Shown piece after piece: positions 18,047-22,525 of a stretch of 31,437 nucleotides of DNA (position 1 is its first letter; every line of letters starts with the position of its first letter). This DNA comes from a virus. The stretch lies in IMG/VR virus record IMGVR_UViG_3300045988_029552, positions 1-31,437 of that record. The stretch is one strand, 5' to 3'. The position numbers and the translations under genes were made by a program. The notes under the pieces are model-generated. The model saw nothing but the letters and a program-made list of their open reading frames with translations, did no database searches and was not told where the DNA came from.

Positions 18047-18111
18047 TTAGACGGCCTCAAATCGTCTGGGGGTACTCCAGTGCCACCCTGACCCTGTTAG
18101 GCCCTCAGAAT
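18047..18111 (+). repeat. 65-bp conserved element, copy 1 (most diverged)
   Basis: TTAGACGGCCTCAAA ...46 nt... CTGTTAGGCCCTCAGAAT, alignable with 19165..19230 and 19545..19614. Confidence 0.6.
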
Positions 18112-18260
18112 CCAACCTCTGGCTTCTCAGCGGCATCCTAGCCTTTCTCACCCCTAGCGCTAGACCACACACCCCCTGGCGAGCCGCGAGACGGCGAGCC
18201 CAGCTCCCTCAGCTCAGTCTCCCCACCCCCACCGTCCCCGTCGTGCCCTGGCACGGGGCT

Positions 18261-18304
18261 GGGCCCCGGGGCCCGGCGTTTACGCCTGGGGCCCCGGGAG
18301 GCCC
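18261..18304. repeat. GC hairpin A: 18 bp in three helices (4+10+4) with two 2-nt bulges, apex GGCG-TTTA-CGCC
   Basis: GGGCCCCGGGGCCCGGCG tta CGCC tg GGGCCCCGGG ag GCCC, paired by hand. Confidence 0.75.
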
Positions 18305-18433
18305 AGAGCCCCGTGCGGGGAGGGCCGCGAGACGGCCCGACCGAGGAAGCCTCAAGCTGTACCACACACCAGCAAAGAGAGAAAGGTCTCCCCCATACCC
18401 CCTCTAAAGAGAGAAATATATATAAACTTACCT

Positions 18434-18487
18434 CCCTGAGAGGGTCTCTCTCTCAGGCGTAAACGCCAGAGAGAGACCCTCTCAGGG
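18434..18487. repeat. hairpin B: 20-bp perfect stem, 2-nt bulge, then 4-bp apex GGCG-TAAA-CGCC
   Basis: CCCTGAGAGGGTCTCTCTCT (18434-18453) pairs with AGAGAGAGACCCTCTCAGGG (18468-18487). The apex 18456-18467 is the reverse complement of the hairpin A apex. Confidence 0.85.
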
Positions 18488-18690
18488 GTAGGGGTGGATA
18501 GGGGGGTTTGGGGGGAAGGCGGGGAAGGGCCGCCAGCCTCGTACGTGCGTGCGTGCACACGCGTAGCGCTACCCGCCCGCGCCACATACCCGCCACATAC
18601 GCCAGCGCGCCACCTGCGCGCGCCACGCCTGAGCGCTACGCGGAGGGCAGGAGGGGGTCTGGGGGAGGAGGGGTGCCGGGAAGTGGCTGA

Positions 18691-18706
18691 GTTAACCTCG
18701 GTTAAC
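18691..18706. promoter_or_regulatory. GTTAAC-N4-GTTAAC dyad (10-bp phase) upstream of promoter P1
   Basis: gaGTTAACctcgGTTAACtc, ending 8 nt upstream of the -35. Confidence 0.55.
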
Positions 18707-18714
18707 TCTTGGGG

Positions 18715-18744
18715 TTGCAGGGGTGTGTGGTCCTGTGCTAAGGT
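18715..18744 (+). promoter_or_regulatory. promoter P1, TTGCAG-N18-TGcTAAGGT, leaderless (ATG 6 nt after the -10)
   Basis: ggggTTGCAGgggtgtgtggtcctGTGCTAAGGTggatccATG. Confidence 0.65.
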
Positions 18745-18750
18745 GGATCC

Positions 18751-19131
18751 ATGATCACGAGACGAGAGATCTTTGCAACCATCAACGCGACCACATGTGA
18801 GACCGGCTACGAGCGCGTCCTGGCAGGTAACTTCCTGGTCGCCATCCAGACAGACGACGTCGAGAGGCTCGATGAGGCGCTGCGCGCCCTGGCATATGTG
18901 GCCCTGACCTCCTGGACATTCACGCTAGCTGTCCACGCCGTCTGCGGCACGATGATCAAGCGCCACACCGTAGGGTCCAAGGCAGCCTGGTCCCGCGTCC
19001 CGGGGTGGGCACGCAGCCACAAGTCCCACCCGCTGGCCGCGCTAGTCCTCGCGTGCTACCTGGTGCGCGAGGGCAGGTTTGATCACGAGGGGGTGGAGGA
19101 CCTACTGGTGCGCTCTGGTTGGTGGTCCTGA
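18751..19131 (+). CDS. hypothetical protein, paralog A of 19716..20135
   Basis: 126 aa. Shares SWTFTLAVHAVCGTMIKRHTVGSKAAWSRV / RSGWW with SPWTFAIGVSAEAGQLCKKLTIGSKASWGRV / ESGW in the 139-aa ORF. Confidence 0.6.
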   Translation: MITRREIFATINATTCETGYERVLAGNFLVAIQTDDVERLDEALRALAYVALTSWTFTLAVHAVCGTMIKRHTVGSKAAWSRVPGWARSHKSHPLAALVLACYLVREGRFDHEGVEDLLVRSGWWS

Positions 19132-19164
19132 CCTAGATTGATCCTGATCCTGCTGGGAGTGCCC

Positions 19165-19230
19165 CTAAACGGCCTCAAACAGGCCAGGGGGTAGCCTAGG
19201 TAGGGTCAGGTGCTGTTAGGCCGTAAATCG
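19165..19230 (+). repeat. 65-bp conserved element, copy 2, with long-range stem (possible U-tract-less terminator)
   Basis: ACGGCCT..AACAG (19169-19182) pairs with CTGTTAGGCCGT (19213-19224), 12 bp. Located just after gene A. Confidence 0.55.
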
Positions 19231-19245
19231 AGGATGCCTACACGC

Positions 19246-19274
19246 TTTACGAGGTGTCTGGGTAGTGCTAGGGT
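19246..19274 (+). promoter_or_regulatory. promoter P4, TTTACG-N17-TGcTAGGGT, leaderless (ATG 7 nt after the -10)
   Basis: cTTTACGaggtgtctgggtaGTGCTAGGGTagttaccATG. Confidence 0.5.
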
Positions 19275-19281
19275 AGTTACC

Positions 19282-19542
19282 ATGACTTGGACATGCAGAG
19301 ACTGCAAGAAGACCATCGTCGGCTACAAGACCGAGCACTGCCCTGAGTGCCACGAGACGTTCACCCGCACCAAGGCAGGCGACAAGCACCGTACGGGCCG
19401 GCACGGGGTGACTGAGGGCCCAGACCGACGTAGGTGTCTGACCCCAGCTGAGTTGGCCGCTAAGGGTATGACCCAGAACTCGAAGGGTTACTGGACCACC
19501 GGGGAGACATTCGAGAATGCCTCTGAAAGCTTCCACCGGTAG
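19282..19542 (+). CDS. zinc-ribbon protein of the FDxHR type
   Basis: ORF 19210..19542 trimmed to MTWTCRDCKK. The C-x2-C ... H-C-x2-C-H-x-T-F ... D-K-H-R pattern matches the actinobacterial/actinophage FDxHR zinc-binding family as I recall it. Confidence 0.65.
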   Translation: MTWTCRDCKKTIVGYKTEHCPECHETFTRTKAGDKHRTGRHGVTEGPDRRRCLTPAELAAKGMTQNSKGYWTTGETFENASESFHR

Positions 19543-19544
19543 CA

Positions 19545-19614
19545 TTAGACGGCCTAGCAGCCCCTACCTGGTAGTCTAGCTAGGGTAGGGTGCTGCTAGG
19601 GCCTCAGATTCGAG
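19545..19614 (+). repeat. 65-bp conserved element, copy 3, folding into an 18-bp bulged hairpin (19551..19603)
   Basis: GGCCTAGCAGCCCCTACC ... GGTAGGG t GCTGCTAGG g CC, paired by hand (7+9+2 bp). Overlaps the stop of the zinc-ribbon gene. Confidence 0.6.
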
Positions 19615-19624
19615 ATACTCAGGG

Positions 19625-19640
19625 GTTAACTTCGGTTAAT
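19625..19640. promoter_or_regulatory. GTTAAC-N4-GTTAAT dyad upstream of promoter P2
   Basis: ggGTTAACttcgGTTAATaa, ending 16 nt upstream of the -35. Confidence 0.55.
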
Positions 19641-19656
19641 AATTTCAGATTTTGGG

Positions 19657-19685
19657 TTGTAGCAGGCCAGAAGGGGTGCTAAGCT
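19657..19685 (+). promoter_or_regulatory. promoter P2, TTGTAG-N17-TGcTAAGCT
   Basis: tgggTTGTAGcaggccagaagggGTGCTAAGCTagatcc. About 24-nt leader with a GAAAGG SD before the ATG at 19716. Confidence 0.65.
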
Positions 19686-19715
19686 AGATCCAACGAGACA
19701 CAGAAAGGCCCAAAA

Positions 19716-20135
19716 ATGAACGCTGAGTGGCGAAATATCCACACCACAATTGTTATGACCACTCAGTACGAGTCTGACCAGGCCACCCTCACTAGTGTGC
19801 TGGTGGAGGCATTAAGGTCAGAGGGCCCTGATGAGCTAAGGAACGCTCTGGAGTGGTGGGTAGCTATAGCTCACTCACCGTGGACATTCGCTATTGGGGT
19901 GTCTGCTGAGGCAGGTCAGCTCTGTAAGAAGCTCACTATTGGCAGCAAGGCCTCATGGGGACGTGTATTGTCCCGTGTGCGCAGCTACGGTGAGGGCCTG
20001 GGGGGTATCGCTAAGGCCATGCGGTGTGAGCCCCCACTGTTCGCTATTGCGTACCTCACTGCACGCATGCGGGATGACCTCATCGACCCGTCAGAGGTAG
20101 AACTCATTCTGCACGAGTCAGGGTGGGTTAACTAA
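19716..20135 (+). CDS. hypothetical protein, paralog B of 18751..19131
   Basis: 139 aa. Conserved WTF...GSKA(A/S)W(S/G)RV...SGW blocks shared with paralog A. GAAAGG SD. Confidence 0.65.
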   Translation: MNAEWRNIHTTIVMTTQYESDQATLTSVLVEALRSEGPDELRNALEWWVAIAHSPWTFAIGVSAEAGQLCKKLTIGSKASWGRVLSRVRSYGEGLGGIAKAMRCEPPLFAIAYLTARMRDDLIDPSEVELILHESGWVN

Positions 20136-20142
20136 GGTTAAC
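20127..20142. promoter_or_regulatory. GTTAAC-N4-GTTAAC dyad upstream of promoter P3 (overlaps the stop of paralog B)
   Basis: ggGTTAACtaagGTTAACag, ending 16 nt upstream of the -35. Confidence 0.55.
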
Positions 20143-20158
20143 AGTTTAGGATCAGGGG

Positions 20159-20187
20159 TTGCATAGGCCCACAGAGTGTGCTAAGCT
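20159..20187 (+). promoter_or_regulatory. promoter P3, TTGCAT-N17-TGcTAAGCT
   Basis: ggggTTGCATaggcccacagagtGTGCTAAGCTaaagac. About 31-nt leader with a GAAAGG SD before the ATG at 20225. Confidence 0.65.
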
Positions 20188-20224
20188 AAAGACATCAAGA
20201 AAACAACACGAAAGGTTCAAAACA

Positions 20225-20431
20225 ATGCTTAAGTTCGTCGGTTACATGGTTGCTATTGTTGCTGCTGTTGCTGCTGCACTAGGTGTCGGCGTCCTGGTCA
20301 CCTGGATGATCTTCTACGGTCTGTGGTATGTGGCCCTCATCCTGATGGCCATCGTTGGTGTGTGGTTGGGGTTCAAGTACGAGGCTAAGTACGGCTACAA
20401 GGACGAGTTCGGTGATTGGGGTGAATTCTGA
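20225..20431 (+). CDS. small membrane protein (two TM helices)
   Basis: ORF 20159..20431 trimmed to MLKFVGYMVAIVAAVAAALGVGVLV...YVALILMAIVGVWLGF. GAAAGG lies 9 nt upstream. The upstream part of the ORF overlaps the promoter. Confidence 0.6.
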   Translation: MLKFVGYMVAIVAAVAAALGVGVLVTWMIFYGLWYVALILMAIVGVWLGFKYEAKYGYKDEFGDWGEF

Positions 20432-20724
20432 TGTATGAGTTCGGTGACCTGCCTCGGATGATCCAGAACATTAAGCCCGAGCGGAGCTGTATGTCGTCTG
20501 TGGTCTACCGTAACCCTGATGGGCTATGGTGGGTGGCCGGTAAGTATTACCCGGAGCCTGGTGGGGCGTATATACACCCTGTCATGAGGCTGCTGAATGA
20601 GATTGGGGGGTCACGACCGGGTATTGCATATGTAATTGATCGTATTTGCCCCACCTGTGAGGCTATTCTGAAGACTTTTCCACAGTTCGACAAGGTTATT
20701 GTTAGGAGCTATAGTGATCAATGA
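20431..20724 (+). CDS. hypothetical protein (97 aa) with an H-P-V ... C-P-T-C pattern
   Basis: TGATG coupling to the upstream gene. No confident family assignment. Confidence 0.55.
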   Translation: MYEFGDLPRMIQNIKPERSCMSSVVYRNPDGLWWVAGKYYPEPGGAYIHPVMRLLNEIGGSRPGIAYVIDRICPTCEAILKTFPQFDKVIVRSYSDQ

Positions 20725-21469
20725 GATTGAGCTAGCCTATGAGATTGCCCAGCAATCCTCCCACCCTGAATGCAAGGTAGGTTGCTATTTCGTAAACACC
20801 TCTGGGGATTACCAGATATCCACACATAACGTTGAGCTTGGCCCTAAATGCCACGACGTTGCACCTGACGGGCAGTGCCTTGAGTACATCCACGCGGAGG
20901 TGTGGGCCTCTCAACAGCTTATGGAGCTGCCCTATCGTCTTAGGGAGGGACATATAGCTATGACCTACGAACCTTGCGCACCTTGTGCTAGAGCACTGCT
21001 TCTGGCGGGGTTCAGGGGGTCTCTGGAGTATGACAGGCCGTGGCTCGATCCAGCTCTGAAAACATCAGACTGGCGAGAGCATAAGCAGGGTATAACCGTA
21101 CTGCGTAATTCCTGTGTTGAGGTCATTAGATCTCGTCCCGAGTACGGCGCAAGGCACTATAACGACCTTAATTTCGGTGACTGGTATCCACAATGTATGG
21201 AAGTGCTTAAATGGGGCGAAATCAGGTATAGGGACCTTAATAAAAAGGCCTGTATGGATATTCTTAATACCTTCAACAGGTATTTGGGTATGGGGTTCAG
21301 TGTTAGTCAAGAGGTTATTTATGGGGTTACTAATTACACCCTGGCTAAGAATTTCAATAAGGCAGTTAAAGACTTTACGCACTGGGCTAATTACGGTAGC
21401 TCATGGGTTAAGGAACCGGGTTACATAATTGTCAAATGTGTATCGGAGGTGCATCGTCGTGCTGTGTGA
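20714..21469 (+). CDS. dCMP/cytidine deaminase-fold domain fused to a ~140-aa C-terminal domain of unknown function
   Basis: YIHAEVWA ... YEPCAPCARALLLAGF is the H-A-E / P-C-x2-C zinc motif. Start placed at the GTG at 20714, 5 nt after AGGAG (the ORF track starts at a TTG at 20699). Confidence 0.75.
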   Translation: MINEIELAYEIAQQSSHPECKVGCYFVNTSGDYQISTHNVELGPKCHDVAPDGQCLEYIHAEVWASQQLMELPYRLREGHIAMTYEPCAPCARALLLAGFRGSLEYDRPWLDPALKTSDWREHKQGITVLRNSCVEVIRSRPEYGARHYNDLNFGDWYPQCMEVLKWGEIRYRDLNKKACMDILNTFNRYLGMGFSVSQEVIYGVTNYTLAKNFNKAVKDFTHWANYGSSWVKEPGYIIVKCVSEVHRRAV

Positions 21470-22265
21470 GTATGATCGAGCTATACACAACCTGTCTAGA
21501 CAGGCTGCTGAGTTAGTCACAGAAGGACAGGAGCACCCGTACTGGTGCTACGGGTCATGGAGTGTGGTATACACTCATGCCCCATTGTCCCAGACCCGTA
21601 GGGTGTCTGTGGACATGGCTCAGAGAGAGCTGTACTGGATGCTGAGCGGGTCAGGGGCCACACAGCACGACAGGTGCGCTAGAATCACCCCCGACGTGGC
21701 GCGCATGTGGTCTCCGTGGGCTGAGGATGAGCTAGGGCCTATGTACGGTGTCCAGTGGCGCTATGGTGGTCCTGACGGGTTGTATGATGCTATCCAGGAC
21801 GTTGTAGACAGACTTGTAGACAACCCTACAACCAAGCGCGCTGTGTGGACTGCCTGGCAGGGGTATGAGGTCGGGGCTATGCGTATCCCACCATGCCCTG
21901 TTACTTGGGCATGGAATGTTATAGGCGGCAAGGTCAATCTCGATATCTTCGCCAGGTCCACAGACGTCGTGTGCGGTATGCCCTACGATACTCTTGAAGG
22001 GTGGATGCTTATCCATCTTATGACTAACACACTGAAATTTCACGGGCATGATGTTAGGCCAGGTAAGCTTCGATTTACCACTGCAAATGCTCACGTGTAT
22101 TGCCAGAACCTGGACGTTTGGCATAGGATGTTGATGCCTGCTAGGGTAGAGAAGGAGGTTGAGTTCATACCGTCTAAGCAAGGTGTGCTAGAGTTCAAAG
22201 GTAAAGGTTTTAAGGCGGTCAATTATAAGGCGCCTATTTATTCAGCGAAAGTGGTGGTTGTTTAA
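21456..22265 (+). CDS. thymidylate-synthase-fold pyrimidine C5 (hydroxy)methylase; Asp at the ThyA Asn177 position suggests a dCMP substrate
   Basis: ELYWML, GPMYGVQWR, NPTTKRAVWTAW, IPPC, ARSTDVVCGMPYD and ANAHVY align with E. coli ThyA blocks with identical C-(20)-R-(11)-N/D spacing. Start placed at the GTG at 21456, 6 nt after GGAGG (the ORF track starts at a TTG at 21429). Confidence 0.75.
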   Translation, partial: VVLCEYDRAIHNLSRQAAELVTEGQEHPYWCYGSWSVVYTHAPLSQTRRVSVDMAQRELYWMLSGSGATQHDRCARITPDVARMWSPWAEDELGPMYGVQWRYGGPDGLYDAIQDVVDRLVDNPTTKRAVWTAWQGYEVGAMRIPPCPVTWAWNVIGGKVNLDIFARSTDVVCGMPYDTLEGWMLIHLMTNTLKFHGHDVRPGKLRFTTANAHVYCQNLDVWHRMLMPARVEKEVEFIPSKQGVLEFKGKGFKAVNYKAPIYSAKVVVV

Positions 22266-22525
22266 TGTTGAAGTTGTTTTTCCTCGGTGCTTCGTGGTGC
22301 TCACAGTGCCCACAATCTAAGGCTAATTTTGAAAGGGCTATGCAAAAGTTCCCTTATCTTGGTTGGGACTATGTTGATGTTGAGGTCAATCCTGACCTAG
22401 GGCGTAAATTCAATGTCATGTCTGTCCCAACTGTGATAGCCTTGCGCGAGGGTGTGGAGGTTGCTAGGATGGGTACGGGGACCACACTCCAGTACAAGAA
22501 GATGATCGAAGGAGCACTAAACTAA
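22265..22525 (+). CDS. thioredoxin/glutaredoxin-like redox protein
   Basis: 86 aa. FFLGASWCSQCPQ is a W-C-x-x-C active site. VPTV cis-Pro-type motif. TAATG coupling to the ThyA-fold gene. Confidence 0.8.
   Translation: MLKLFFLGASWCSQCPQSKANFERAMQKFPYLGWDYVDVEVNPDLGRKFNVMSVPTVIALREGVEVARMGTGTTLQYKKMIEGALN

Larger units (their letters stand above)
18138..18690. other. very GC-rich ORF-free block with a strand-composition switch (candidate origin and/or cos region)
   Basis: Only G/P/R-rich low-complexity frames on both strands. 49/60 G+C hand-counted at 18241-18300. C-runs on the plus strand on the left, G-runs on the right, with an AT island at 18411-18430. Confidence 0.6.

Noticed and set aside
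18535-18546. TCGTACG, resembling the start of the 3' cos overhang I recall for Cutibacterium acnes phages
   Set aside because: The match is only 7 nt, recalled from memory, and lies inside an alternating Pu/Py tract. It cannot support a cos call without end-sequencing data.
18138-18754. Four ORFs (75-86 aa, both strands) in the GC-rich block
   Set aside because: The translations are G/P/R/S-rich and low-complexity. They overlap each other and run through the promoter, hairpins and repeats, which is the expected artefact of ~70-80% GC non-coding DNA.
19216-19545. 109-aa minus-strand ORF mirroring the zinc-ribbon gene
   Set aside because: The plus-strand frame carries a recognisable C-x2-C/HCxxCH zinc motif and its own promoter. 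The antisense frame has no features.
21732-22181. 149-aa minus-strand ORF inside the ThyA-fold gene
   Set aside because: The plus frame aligns block-by-block with thymidylate synthase. The antisense ORF is spurious.
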